UHGV virus genome: UHGV-0357976
Source: a virus
Strand: one strand, 5' to 3'
DNA: 19,533 bases
The notes under the pieces were generated by a model. That model did not search any database and was not told the DNA's origin. It was given only the letters and a program-made list of their open reading frames with translations. The number at the start of each line of letters is the position of its first letter. Within the stretch, counting starts at the first letter, position 1. The position numbers and the translations under genes are program-made. Positions 6,722 to 15,563 of this stretch are shown in pieces.

Positions 6722-9138
6722 CGCCCTCCTTTTGCCAGATTCCAGACCGCGCCACCGGGTGAAAGGTCACGGCCTATCAACTCGCGGTATCGCCGATCAA
6801 CAAAACTACCTACCTCCCGCCCGAATTGCTCATATCCACCGCTAGCCTGAGTCTGGGTATTCCCATTGCCATCAATCTGAATACTGACCTGAGGAGCACT
6901 ACTACCACCCGGTGTTAAGCCTGAGATTCCCATAGCACGCACGCCCAGCGATCCGTCAGCGGCGCGGGTCAGTGGCATAATAGCCTCCGGCCCAGCCTCC
7001 CCCATCAATCCGGCCCCTTTGGCAAAGGCAAACAGTGTTGGAGAGCTGACGACAGAGTTACTGTACTGACTGAGATCGGCAGAAGAGTAAACGCCGCCTT
7101 TGGCGTTGAATTGCAGGCTCGCCCCGTAGGACTGAATCGCAGTACCGCTGCTGGCGGAAGACGATGCGGCACCACCGAACAATGAGCCTATCGAGCTGGC
7201 TGCATTGGCGATCATCATGTTAACCATCACCTGTTCGATGATTTTCAGAACACTGACACCCCAGTCTTTCCAGCTCGCTTTATTGCCGTTGAGCATGTCG
7301 ACGATATTGCTGCTGATACCGGAAAGCGCGCTTTTCATAGCGTCCGCCGCCAGCGTCGCATAGTTAGTTGAATCATCTACCCAGTCAGCGAGACCGTCTC
7401 TGGCGCCAGTCACCCAGTCAGACTGCAGCGCATCAATTTGACTGTAATAATCCTCCTGGATGCCCAGCCTCTCAGCTTGTGCATCCTTTAATGCCTGGGT
7501 TTCGCGGTCATAAACTGTCTGGCTGATATCTCCTGACTGATACTGCTTTTGCAGATCGCGCTGCTGATCGAGATAACTGCGCTCTATACTCAGCCTTTCC
7601 CTCAGCCTTTCACGCTGCTTGTCACCGAGTCCGGCCCCCTGAATATCCACGCCCAAATCTGCACGTGCATTCTCGTTCTGCTCCTGCAGATTTGCCACGA
7701 ACGCCGCTACCTTCGCGTTTTCTTCATTAGCTTTTTTGACGGCATTAAGGCGATCAACTTCCTGAGCCAGAGACGCAAGTCGTTTCTTCTGGGTTTCGTT
7801 AAGCCCCTGCAACTTGCCGTCAGCTATATCGAACTGCAGTTTTTGCTGCTCGGTCACAACAGCAGTTTTTTTGCCGGTGGTATCGATCAGCTCAATCTGA
7901 CGCATGTAACTGCGCTCAGCGCTTTTAAACGCTGAATCCAGTTTCTGACCAGAGGTATTTTTTTGCGGCTTACCGTTTGTTTCCCCGGCGCCAAGGGTAT
8001 AGTTTGTTTTGACTGGCTCGGGCAGTTTTATTTTCGGTAGAGTAGATTGGGAGTTTCTCAAAAAGGCCAGTCGCCTCTGGAGCTCAGCCCTTTCGGCCTC
8101 CTTACCGGATACGTCCATACCTATTCTGTTGAAACTCGCCAGTATGCCTTTATCATCGAGATCTGCATTCAGGTTCTTGATGCGCCGTTCAATTTCTGGA
8201 ATGGAGGCATTCAGGCCGACCGAACTCCCACCTTTGTACTGGTCTATCAGCTTTCCGGCCTCGGCTCCTACCCTTACCAGCCAGGTGGCAAGGTCCACTA
8301 CCCCACCAACCAGATCAGTCAGACCCTGAATAACAGCCGGGTCTTTAAATACATCCCCCATATCTCCAATAGACTTCTGGAGCCCACTCAAATCTACGCT
8401 GGCGAGCCCTGCAGCAAGTTCAATTTTGACGCCGTTGACCTGCGTCTCCATATCCTCAAACAGGGCGTTGACTCTGACCAGCTTTTCAATATCTGCGTCA
8501 TCGGGCGCCACACCAAACTTCTTCGCGGCATCCATATACTGACGCAGCTTTTCACTGCCATTGTCCAGGAGCGGCAGCATCTTTGACAGGTCATTACCCA
8601 GACTCTCCAGGATGGTAGTCTTCTCGGCGTTGGACTTAACTTTCTCCAGTGCGTCGCTGATAGCCAGGAGTTGCTTGTCGGGAGATTCTCCGGCCAGTTT
8701 CTTAGCCGACAAACCCAGAGCGTCCAGCGCACCGACCGCCTCACCAGATTTATTAAGAACGGCATCACCGATTTTGTCTCCGACATCTTTAAAGATATCG
8801 GCCATCTGATCGCCGGAAACACCTGCTTTTTCTGCAGCATATTGCCAGGCTAACAGGGACTGCGTGGACATGTTAAGTGACTTTGCCCAGCGGTCTGATT
8901 CGGTAATCTGACGTGAAGTGGTTTTGAGCAGGTTATACCCCGCCACTCCGGCTCCGATGGCTGCAGCCCCGACTGCTGTTGCGAATCCGGTCATGGCAGC
9001 TGCAGCGGCAGCGGCATCCTCCTTTACCTGCTTACGCCATTTTTGTGAAGCTCGCTCAGCCTGCGAGAGGCCTGAGACAAAACCGCCCACTTTGGCAATC
9101 AGGTCGATCGTCAGCGTGCCCAGTGATTTGGAAGCCAT
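6718..9138 (-). CDS. Tail tape measure protein
   Basis: 806 aa, long alpha-helical and low-complexity protein with a Gly/Ala/Ser-rich C-terminal part; located between the G/G-T chaperones and M. Confidence 0.9.
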   Translation of the reverse strand: MASKSLGTLTIDLIAKVGGFVSGLSQAERASQKWRKQVKEDAAAAAAAMTGFATAVGAAAIGAGVAGYNLLKTTSRQITESDRWAKSLNMSTQSLLAWQYAAEKAGVSGDQMADIFKDVGDKIGDAVLNKSGEAVGALDALGLSAKKLAGESPDKQLLAISDALEKVKSNAEKTTILESLGNDLSKMLPLLDNGSEKLRQYMDAAKKFGVAPDDADIEKLVRVNALFEDMETQVNGVKIELAAGLASVDLSGLQKSIGDMGDVFKDPAVIQGLTDLVGGVVDLATWLVRVGAEAGKLIDQYKGGSSVGLNASIPEIERRIKNLNADLDDKGILASFNRIGMDVSGKEAERAELQRRLAFLRNSQSTLPKIKLPEPVKTNYTLGAGETNGKPQKNTSGQKLDSAFKSAERSYMRQIELIDTTGKKTAVVTEQQKLQFDIADGKLQGLNETQKKRLASLAQEVDRLNAVKKANEENAKVAAFVANLQEQNENARADLGVDIQGAGLGDKQRERLRERLSIERSYLDQQRDLQKQYQSGDISQTVYDRETQALKDAQAERLGIQEDYYSQIDALQSDWVTGARDGLADWVDDSTNYATLAADAMKSALSGISSNIVDMLNGNKASWKDWGVSVLKIIEQVMVNMMIANAASSIGSLFGGAASSSASSGTAIQSYGASLQFNAKGGVYSSADLSQYSNSVVSSPTLFAFAKGAGLMGEAGPEAIMPLTRAADGSLGVRAMGISGLTPGGSSAPQVSIQIDGNGNTQTQASGGYEQFGREVGSFVDRRYRELIGRDLSPGGAVWNLAKGGR

Positions 9139-9157
9139 AAACTCTCCGTTGGCGGCA

Positions 9158-9819
9158 TTATGTCCAGCTGGCTCTGGCTTCCTCTAACGAGATTGGTCCA
9201 TCAGCAGCTTTGACTTTGGTAAAGTGAAGTGTGAAATCGGTCGGGTTGAATGGTGGGCGCTTGGGGTCTCTGTTAACGTTGGCTATCATGCTGCTCACCA
9301 GCCCGGCACCCCACTCAACCCGCAACATAGGGTTCAGACTCCCGTATCGTTCCCGGTACTTTGCCCAGAGTTGGGACTCTTTGAATGAGAGGACTTCCCG
9401 CGCTTCGGCGATTGTTCTGCCTCCGATTCCGTTGAGGACGAGCTCGCACCAGAATTCGTCTTCGGCGCTGAGCTCGAAGTCTTTCCCAGATCGTTAACTT
9501 CCTGAATGGCCAGAAGCAGTGCTACCGTCAGGCCGCCATCCAGTGCACCACGTTCAGGATCTGCCTCACCAGTAATGTCAGCCGGGGTGAAGATGGGTTT
9601 ACCATGTTCATCGCAGATGGATGCGGCGATACGCCCTGCCACACCATCGACCTTACCACCAAAAGCCAGCACATCGGACGTTGCTGTGTGATAACCCATC
9701 GGGCGAACATACACGGTCGCGGTGATTTTTTTATCGCCTTGCGTCCAGGTGATTTCTTTCTCAACCGGGCGACCGGTAAACGCGCCGGACTCCTTGAGTG
9801 CATCAAGTGTTAATTTCAT
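9158..9819 (-). CDS. T: Tail assembly chaperone G-T fusion made by programmed -1 frameshift (G frame 9819-9481, T frame 9481-9158)
   Basis: Slippery heptamer G GGA AAG at 9481-9487 in the G frame; the -1 frame downstream encodes a protein-like sequence (DFELSAEDEFWCELVLNGIGGRTIAEAREVLSFKESQLWAKYRERYG...) ending at a TAA at 9158-9160, just upstream of the tape measure start. Confidence 0.75.
9334..9819 (-). CDS. G: Tail assembly chaperone G (zero-frame product)
   Basis: 161 aa ORF (MKLTLDALKESGAFTGRPVEKEITW...) between the major tail and tape measure genes; contains the slippery site at codons 111-113; the zero-frame tail after the site is Ser/Gly-rich low complexity. Confidence 0.8.
   Translation of the reverse strand: MKLTLDALKESGAFTGRPVEKEITWTQGDKKITATVYVRPMGYHTATSDVLAFGGKVDGVAGRIAASICDEHGKPIFTPADITGEADPERGALDGGLTVALLLAIQEVNDLGKTSSSAPKTNSGASSSSTESEAEQSPKRGKSSHSKSPNSGQSTGNDTGV
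9481..9487 (-). other. Programmed -1 ribosomal frameshift slippery heptamer GGGAAAG (G to G-T)
   Basis: Exact heptamer in X XXY YYZ register within the G frame (CTG GGA AAG); same motif as the lambda G-T frameshift. Confidence 0.75.
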
Positions 9820-9838
9820 TATTAATCCTGATTAATAA

Positions 9839-9852
9839 GGGCGTTGCCGCCC
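9839..9852 (-). terminator. GC-rich hairpin (GGGCG-TTGC-CGCCC) directly after the major tail protein stop; possible attenuator
   Basis: 5 bp GC stem with 4 nt loop; on the minus strand it is followed by the U/A-rich UUAUUAAUC; lies between the major tail stop (9858) and the G start (9819). Confidence 0.4.
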
Positions 9853-9857
9853 TGATT

Positions 9858-10358
9858 TTATGGGGTCACGACTTTTGGCACCCATACAGCAGAGCCGGAG
9901 CGCTGGATAGATGCAGAAGTAGAAACAACCGTGTTTGCTGCAAAATCAAACGGGAAGTCGGACACATAGCCTTTGAATACGAACCATGTGCGGCTATCAG
10001 GTAGCACCAGGCCATCGACTGCACCGGATGCACCATTTTCAGCCGCAGTTGGCGATGCGGTTCCGTCTGACCATCCAATCGCGAAGGTCAGGTCCTGATC
10101 CTCTTCGTCGTCCGAAATGGACAGGTTGTAGAGCATGATGTGGCTGGTATTTTTAGGATCAGCGTTAAGCGTCAGTGATGCTGTGCCAGGCGTTCGAAGA
10201 CCACGCTTATAGCTGCGATCAAAGCGTTCAGAAAGACAGGTGTCTTCAATCTGGTCAGCCGGATTGCTGCCGGGTGAAAATGCAGTGATACATTCAACTT
10301 CGCTCACCTTGCCTTTTACGAGCACAAAGAGCTGCGTACCTTGCGTCAATACAGACAT
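9858..10358 (-). CDS. Major tail (tube) protein
   Basis: 166 aa ORF immediately upstream of the G/G-T chaperone genes, the conserved siphovirus position; GGAG Shine-Dalgarno 6 nt upstream of the ATG. Confidence 0.75.
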   Translation of the reverse strand: MSVLTQGTQLFVLVKGKVSEVECITAFSPGSNPADQIEDTCLSERFDRSYKRGLRTPGTASLTLNADPKNTSHIMLYNLSISDDEEDQDLTFAIGWSDGTASPTAAENGASGAVDGLVLPDSRTWFVFKGYVSDFPFDFAANTVVSTSASIQRSGSAVWVPKVVTP

Positions 10359-10374
10359 TGTTATCTCCGGTCAT

Positions 10375-10397
10375 AAAAAAACCGGCTCAAGGCCGGT
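10375..10397 (-). terminator. Intrinsic-terminator-like hairpin (ACCGGC-TCAAG-GCCGGT plus U7) upstream of the major tail gene
   Basis: Stem at 10381-10397; the A7 run at 10375-10381 on the plus strand is a U-tract after the stem on the minus strand; between the stop at 10413 and the start at 10358. Confidence 0.5.
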
Positions 10398-10412
10398 GGT
10401 TGAATAATACGT

Positions 10413-10778
10413 TTATCGAGTGACTATCCAGTCAACATCGAATGAGTAGCGATAGCGCTTTGTTTCTGGGTCTCTTTCCTGTCCGCCCCAGCGCGTGATA
10501 TGCGCGTGCGGCTCAATGGCATCCCGCAGCGCAGTAGCCACGGCAATCACTTCATCCACGGTGTCGGCATATGCATCCACCTGCAGCGTGAAAAAGTCTG
10601 CGTCAGGGCGCTGGGCAATGTAGTTCTCTGGAGAACCGGTGATGTTCTGCCAGACCACATAGGGATAGACCACGTTGTCGTCCTGAATTCCGAAAGGATA
10701 AATTCTTACCGGATTGCTTCCGAGTAAGTCAGTGACTTCAGGACTCGACGCGCAAACAGAAAAAATAGGGGCAATCAT
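10413..10778 (-). CDS. Tail completion / neck protein (DUF3168-like)
   Basis: 121 aa; pattern RIYPFG ... YPYVVWQNITGSPENY ... LQVDAYADT ... resembles recalled DUF3168 phage proteins; position between the HK97 gp10-like gene and the major tail gene. Confidence 0.7.
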   Translation of the reverse strand: MIAPIFSVCASSPEVTDLLGSNPVRIYPFGIQDDNVVYPYVVWQNITGSPENYIAQRPDADFFTLQVDAYADTVDEVIAVATALRDAIEPHAHITRWGGQERDPETKRYRYSFDVDWIVTR

Positions 10779-11323
10779 GCAGTGGTTCCTTTCTTCATGG
10801 CCAGCCTGATAGCGCGATCAATAGCCTTTCCCATTTCCGTAGAAAAAACATTAATCACGTCATTATCTACGCCGTTCATTGCAGGTCGGAGGATAGGCCG
10901 CGCTGATGTGTGCTCAGTACCAAACTCAAGAAAACGCCAGTACCAGGTATCTCCTCCTGGATTGCCTTTATCTCCTGAGGTTTTGTATGTTTTACCCGCT
11001 CTGCCTTTTCTGACGTTTGCCTTTGTATTTGCATACTGCCTGGCACCGCCCATTACCCCGACACGGAATGCCAGATCACCTGTCCTGCGGAATTGCTTGC
11101 TGCTGAAGCTGGCGACGATATTTTTGTGGATTGCTTCTTTAGTCAGAGGATCATCAACTCGTGACGCGTTGCTTCTGGCCCGATCCCTTATAATGTTTGC
11201 CGCCTTACGCAATGCAAACCGACCGGCTTTATTACGGGTGACTTCTGATACGGCCTCCATTTTCCCAAGAAGTGATTCAAGCCCGGTAAGACTTACCTCA
11301 ACACTATCAGCCATCATTAACAC
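10775..11323 (-). CDS. HK97 gp10-family head-tail joining protein
   Basis: 182 aa; motifs RKGRAG ... YWRFLEFGT ... RPILRPA typical of the HK97 gp10 family; conserved position. Confidence 0.75.
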   Translation of the reverse strand: MLMMADSVEVSLTGLESLLGKMEAVSEVTRNKAGRFALRKAANIIRDRARSNASRVDDPLTKEAIHKNIVASFSSKQFRRTGDLAFRVGVMGGARQYANTKANVRKGRAGKTYKTSGDKGNPGGDTWYWRFLEFGTEHTSARPILRPAMNGVDNDVINVFSTEMGKAIDRAIRLAMKKGTTA

Positions 11324-11639
11324 CCTCAGAACAGGGAAGCGTCAGGTATTCACGTCCGCTTTTTGGATCGGGCAGAACACCATGGATGTTATACACAGCA
11401 CCACGAAACAAGATGCGATGTTTTCTGGTAACTCCGGCACGGTAGCGAATAACAATACGGGTGGTTATTTCACCCTGAGAAGCCTGCGCAGCAATAAATT
11501 CACGCGCTGACAATGGTGAAACTTCGGCCCGGACAGTCGCAACATCTCGCCAGGTATTAATTACGGCTCCCGTTGTCGGGTTCTGCACTTTTACTGGCTC
11601 CTGCAGAGTAATCCTGTGGCGCAATTTCCCGGCCTGCAT
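11307..11639 (-). CDS. Phage head closure / head-tail adaptor protein (Phage_H_T_join-like)
   Basis: 110 aa; GKLRHRITLQ ... W ... AEVSPLSAREF ... TTRIVIRYR pattern matches the recalled family consensus. Confidence 0.75.
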   Translation of the reverse strand: MQAGKLRHRITLQEPVKVQNPTTGAVINTWRDVATVRAEVSPLSAREFIAAQASQGEITTRIVIRYRAGVTRKHRILFRGAVYNIHGVLPDPKSGREYLTLPCSEGVNDG

Positions 11640-11640
11640 G

Positions 11641-11838
11641 TTACCCCCTGGGTTTACCGCTCAGATAGGTTTGTTGCTCTGCAGTTTCATCTAGTTCACC
11701 AGCCAGCGACTGGATAATGACATCGCAAAGCGCCATATTTGATTCAGCCAGACGGCTTATCGCTTCCGTCTGCTCCCTCTGCGCTGTGATTTGTTCCCGT
11801 ATCACTGCTATCAGTTCGTTTACCAGTTGCTCGTTCAT
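11641..11838 (-). CDS. Hypothetical small acidic helical protein (65 aa)
   Basis: ATGA start/stop overlap with the upstream 78 aa ORF (translational coupling); its stop lies 1 nt before the head-closure ATG; no recognisable family. Confidence 0.5.
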   Translation of the reverse strand: MNEQLVNELIAVIREQITAQREQTEAISRLAESNMALCDVIIQSLAGELDETAEQQTYLSGKPRG

Positions 11839-12071
11839 AAGCTATTTTTGCCCACTTTTTTATCCACTCGCTCCGTTGCGCGCATCCAGACGCGAATCGT
11901 TGCCTGCGCCGTTTCCGCGCCGCCTGAAAGCTGCTCTCTGCCGCTGATCCTCTTTACCTCAGCCGGGACCGGGTTGCCACCTGTCCACGATTCAACCGGC
12001 TGACCAGATGGATCGCGCGAAGTCGTGAAGGTGAGAATTTTTACCCGGTGCCTGAATCGTCCTGGTTCCAT
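11835..12071 (-). CDS. Short head-closure-like paralogue (78 aa), homologous to the N-terminal two-thirds of the Phage_H_T_join family
   Basis: GRFRHRVKIL ... PSGQPVESW ... PAEVKRISGREQ ... ATIRVWMR parallels the full-length head closure protein at 11307-11639; ORF ends at about 70% of family length. Confidence 0.55.
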   Translation of the reverse strand: MEPGRFRHRVKILTFTTSRDPSGQPVESWTGGNPVPAEVKRISGREQLSGGAETAQATIRVWMRATERVDKKVGKNSL

Positions 12072-12397
12072 CAGGAGCCCTCCTCTGATTCGGCTTTACC
12101 GCGCCAGTTGCGATGAATGAACATCATGCGTTCGGCGGCTGCATTCTCATAAAGCTGCACTTCGCTTTGTGCCGTCCGGTGTTCAAACATGTCAGCAAAG
12201 ACAAGCAGAACGGCGCCCTTAACGGCGGCAGGAATATCAGCCGCAACCTTCCATGCTGGTTCATCGCACCAGCGCATGCAGTAGTCAAAAGCGGCCTGGG
12301 CGTACAGCGTGATCAGCTCGTCCCTGTCGTCTTCCTCAAACTCAATCTGCTGCTTAAACAGACTGAGGGAAATTACATCCAGAACATCTATCGCCAT
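12071..12397 (-). CDS. gp6-like head-tail connector protein
   Basis: 108 aa; ITLYAQAAFDYCMRWC motif region typical of gp6-like connector proteins; located directly after the major capsid gene. Confidence 0.75.
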   Translation of the reverse strand: MAIDVLDVISLSLFKQQIEFEEDDRDELITLYAQAAFDYCMRWCDEPAWKVAADIPAAVKGAVLLVFADMFEHRTAQSEVQLYENAAAERMMFIHRNWRGKAESEEGS

Positions 12398-12400
12398 ACG

Positions 12401-12424
12401 TTAAAAGGGCGGGTTTACCCGCCC
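12401..12424 (-). terminator. GC-rich hairpin (GGGCGGG-TTTA-CCCGCCC) plus short U-tract directly after the major capsid gene; probable attenuator
   Basis: 7 bp stem at 12407-12424; on the minus strand it is followed by UUUUAA (12401-12406); between the capsid stop (12431) and the connector start (12397). Confidence 0.5.
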
Positions 12425-12430
12425 CCTCCA

Positions 12431-13588
12431 TCATGAGCCAGAAGAGAAGGTGCCCTTGATGATTGCTGTCGGGCGATAATGCGCCAGCGCCAGACGCTCT
12501 TCGCACAGGATGGTCAGCATGTTTTTCACGAAGTTATCGCGGTCTTCACGGCTAACTTCCACGGTGGCATCCATGCGATCCCAGACCTGTGAGGCCATAT
12601 CGAAACCGCCTACGGTAAAGGTGCCGGCGGCCTGCGCCTTAGTCGGAACCACTGGCAAGCCCCACATGATGTTACTGGTGAATGCCTGAGGACCACCGAA
12701 GATATAGCGGCCTTCATTGTCTTTCAGCAACGCGATGTTGTGCCAGTCGCGCGGGTTCAGGACGATACCGGAAGCGCTGAACTCAGACTCGGTCACCTGA
12801 TAAATAGCGTGAGCGATAATGTCAGCGCGGGTGTCGCCGGTGGCATTCAGCGAGGTGTCATAGGCGGTTGCCACTTTGTTCAGCCCTTCCAGGTTATCCC
12901 CGGTACCGTCGCCGTTCAGCAGCTGGCCCTCTTCCTTCAGTGCCAGGCCGTACATGAGGCGGTTGTTAATGTAGGACTGAAGCATTGGCGCATCATCCAT
13001 CACCTGACGTGATGCCTGCACCCAGTGCGCGATGGTCTTCACGTTCGCGGTTTGTTTGCTGAAGGTGATATCCGATTCTGGCTTCAGTGCTTTCTCTGCC
13101 ACCACGTCGGCGTTATTGGTAAACACCTCTTCACGCACATATTCCAGAGCGTTACTGGAAGTGCGGCCCTGAGCCAGCAGATCACGAATGGTAAGACGGC
13201 GCAGGCCTGGCATGATGATGCCTGGGATCTGCATAGGCTGGATCAGTGAGCCAGCCGAATCAGCGTCACTGCCTAGTGACTTGTTAAACGTTTTAGCGCC
13301 AAAGGTGCCCTGTTTACCGTCCCATGACTTAATAAGCTCTTCAGCAGCCCGTTCAGAGAAGGATTTCTTCTCACCAGGATTCTCAGCGCCGGATGCCAGT
13401 TTCTGTTCCAGATCGAAGAGGCGAGTGCCGGATTTGGTCAGCTCTTCCTGTACTTTCATCAGGTCGGACTGCAACTGTTTGGAAACCTGGCCTGTGCTTT
13501 CGATTTCTGCTTTCTGCGCATCGAAAAGCTGGGTCATTTTCTGCTGGGATTCTTCGATAGCTTTTTGAATGAGAGCGAGTTCAGACAT
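12431..13588 (-). CDS. Major capsid protein, HK97 family (with N-terminal delta/scaffold domain)
   Basis: 385 aa; N-terminal ~100 aa is coiled-coil-like and charged, followed by a capsid-like body; directly downstream of the prohead protease, as in HK97-type head modules. Confidence 0.85.
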   Translation of the reverse strand: MSELALIQKAIEESQQKMTQLFDAQKAEIESTGQVSKQLQSDLMKVQEELTKSGTRLFDLEQKLASGAENPGEKKSFSERAAEELIKSWDGKQGTFGAKTFNKSLGSDADSAGSLIQPMQIPGIIMPGLRRLTIRDLLAQGRTSSNALEYVREEVFTNNADVVAEKALKPESDITFSKQTANVKTIAHWVQASRQVMDDAPMLQSYINNRLMYGLALKEEGQLLNGDGTGDNLEGLNKVATAYDTSLNATGDTRADIIAHAIYQVTESEFSASGIVLNPRDWHNIALLKDNEGRYIFGGPQAFTSNIMWGLPVVPTKAQAAGTFTVGGFDMASQVWDRMDATVEVSREDRDNFVKNMLTILCEERLALAHYRPTAIIKGTFSSGS

Positions 13589-13590
13589 AA

Positions 13591-14280
13591 TTATTTACCT
13601 AAGTTAGAAGGGAAAGATTTGATGCTCTGAAGCAGAGCGTTTATTTGTGCTTCGTTTCCGTCGCCCTCGGACTCGCTCCGAATCGCTGACTTAAACCGGG
13701 CAATTAGCCCAACTGCCTGTGATTTGGTGAGGCCGACTGAATCCCTCAGCCAGTTCTCCACATCACGAATCGTTTCAATACCATCGACACTTTTCATGGC
13801 TGCGATGCCAGCCTGTTCGTTGGCGGGGAAAGTGCAGACGCTGATTTCGCGCAGAGCCTGGATATTCTTAAAAATGCGGCCTGTTGGAATGATGGTGTAA
13901 TCGTCTTTCGAAACGGAAAAGCCAACCGACATACCTTCAACCGTACCGTGCTGCATTGCCGCTTTCAGGTCAGCGGCGCCGCTGTGTCCTGGGGTAAGTT
14001 GACCGCGCACATACAGGCCTTTTTCGTCCTCAGCCAGGCTGTCCCATTTGCCAACCGGCAGTTCCCACGTCCTGTGGTTAAAAAACATCGCCACTTTTCG
14101 GGTCTGGTTCGCCAGCGCGTTTTTAAACGCCCCGGGCAGAATGATGTCGCCATCGGAATCGGTGTTATTAAAAACAGAGGCGTAGCCTTCAAAAATCCCC
14201 TGTTTACCGTCACCGGTGAATTTGATTTCTGTCTCGTCGAAGGACAGCGTTTTTACGATTTCAGGCATTACGGCCCCCAT
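13591..14280 (-). CDS. Prohead protease (HK97 family); true start may be the internal Met at 14268
   Basis: 229 aa between the portal and major capsid genes; size and position fit HK97-type prohead maturation protease. Confidence 0.8.
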   Translation of the reverse strand: MGAVMPEIVKTLSFDETEIKFTGDGKQGIFEGYASVFNNTDSDGDIILPGAFKNALANQTRKVAMFFNHRTWELPVGKWDSLAEDEKGLYVRGQLTPGHSGAADLKAAMQHGTVEGMSVGFSVSKDDYTIIPTGRIFKNIQALREISVCTFPANEQAGIAAMKSVDGIETIRDVENWLRDSVGLTKSQAVGLIARFKSAIRSESEGDGNEAQINALLQSIKSFPSNLGK

Positions 14281-14285
14281 AAAAA

Positions 14286-15563
14286 TTAAGCCCCGTTATT
14301 ACGGGGCTCTTTGTTGGTTCCTAAATCGGTGATCGGCACGTATTGCGACTGGCGCATTGCCACATCGCCACCCGGCAATGGCGGGAGGTTGTCCGTTCGT
14401 CGCATCTCGTTGATGGTGCGTAGCCCTGACTCTCCCATTGCCTTCATAAAGGCAGCGCGGGATGCCGAATCTCCCCTCAGCAGGCCGTCGAGGTTGTGCT
14501 CAGCATGAATGCGGCCAACATCCTTAGCAGGAATAAGCCACCGCTGAATGCTGTTTTCCCACCTGGAGATATATGGCTGCAGGGTGTACTGCAGGAAGCC
14601 GAGATTCTGCTGCTCGATGCCCGATCCCCAGCTCGTTGATTTCTCGACGTCGCCGACAAGGTGAGGCGGTACGCCAAAGAATCGCGCCAGTTCACTTACC
14701 TGAAATTTTCGGGACGCCATCATTTCGGCATCCTGCGGAGTTACGCCAATTGCCGATGTAGAAAAACCCGCTTCCAGAATCCAGAGGCGTTTTTTTACCG
14801 GGCCGCCGGCGATCTCTTTGAAGTTCTCTTCGACCTGGGAGCGCTGCTGTTCAGTTAGCACTTTTTCGCCAGTTGAGAGGATTTGCGGAGACTTGGCGCC
14901 GTTGGCAAAGAAATCTCGCTGCTGGTCCTCCATCGCAACTGCCACACCTGCCGATTTACAGGCAAAAGCAATGGGTGACAGGCCTACAAGCCCGGTGAAT
15001 CCGAAGCCTTTAAGGTGAAAAATCTCTTTCTGCGAAAAGTCGGCGTATTCGCTGTCGCGTTGATAGCGATAAACCACTTTTTTTCCGACGAGTTTCACAT
15101 CCATATTGGCAGACTGAAGCGGGAGTAGGCTGATCACGTCACCTGCGCTGTTGCGGTCCACAAGTGCATATGCGTTACCGTAGAAACAGAGCTGCATCGT
15201 CATGGCCTCCCTGAATTCTTGGGCGGTCATGTACTGATTCGGTGAGTAGCGCAGCAGTCGCGCCAGTGGATTGCTCAAATCCACTTTTTTACGGTTGTCA
15301 TTCTGGTCTGTTTCGAAGACATCAAGCGGTAAGCATGCCGTGAGCGTTGAAATCAGGCTCACGCAGCGCCACACAGTCGAAATTTGCAGTATCCGTTCAT
15401 CGTTAATGGATGAATCGCCCAGGTATCCGTGGGCCGAAACAGGCCCCGTCTGTGAGCCCTGATTTGGGGTGACTAAACGCCCGCCGACAAACCAGGACTT
15501 CAGCCTTGCCCACCAGCCGTTATTGGTTCGCAGGTCAATCGTGTATTTAGGTTCTTCCATCAC
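14286..15563 (-). CDS. Portal protein (HK97 family)
   Basis: 425 aa; ATGA overlap with the terminase large subunit stop; canonical position between the terminase and protease genes. Confidence 0.85.
   Translation of the reverse strand: MMEEPKYTIDLRTNNGWWARLKSWFVGGRLVTPNQGSQTGPVSAHGYLGDSSINDERILQISTVWRCVSLISTLTACLPLDVFETDQNDNRKKVDLSNPLARLLRYSPNQYMTAQEFREAMTMQLCFYGNAYALVDRNSAGDVISLLPLQSANMDVKLVGKKVVYRYQRDSEYADFSQKEIFHLKGFGFTGLVGLSPIAFACKSAGVAVAMEDQQRDFFANGAKSPQILSTGEKVLTEQQRSQVEENFKEIAGGPVKKRLWILEAGFSTSAIGVTPQDAEMMASRKFQVSELARFFGVPPHLVGDVEKSTSWGSGIEQQNLGFLQYTLQPYISRWENSIQRWLIPAKDVGRIHAEHNLDGLLRGDSASRAAFMKAMGESGLRTINEMRRTDNLPPLPGGDVAMRQSQYVPITDLGTNKEPRNNGA

Noticed and set aside
9528-9806. 92 aa minus-strand ORF inside the G chaperone gene
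   Set aside because: Out-of-frame overlap with G; Arg/Pro-rich non-protein-like composition; the real alternative frame in this region is the T frame reached by frameshifting.
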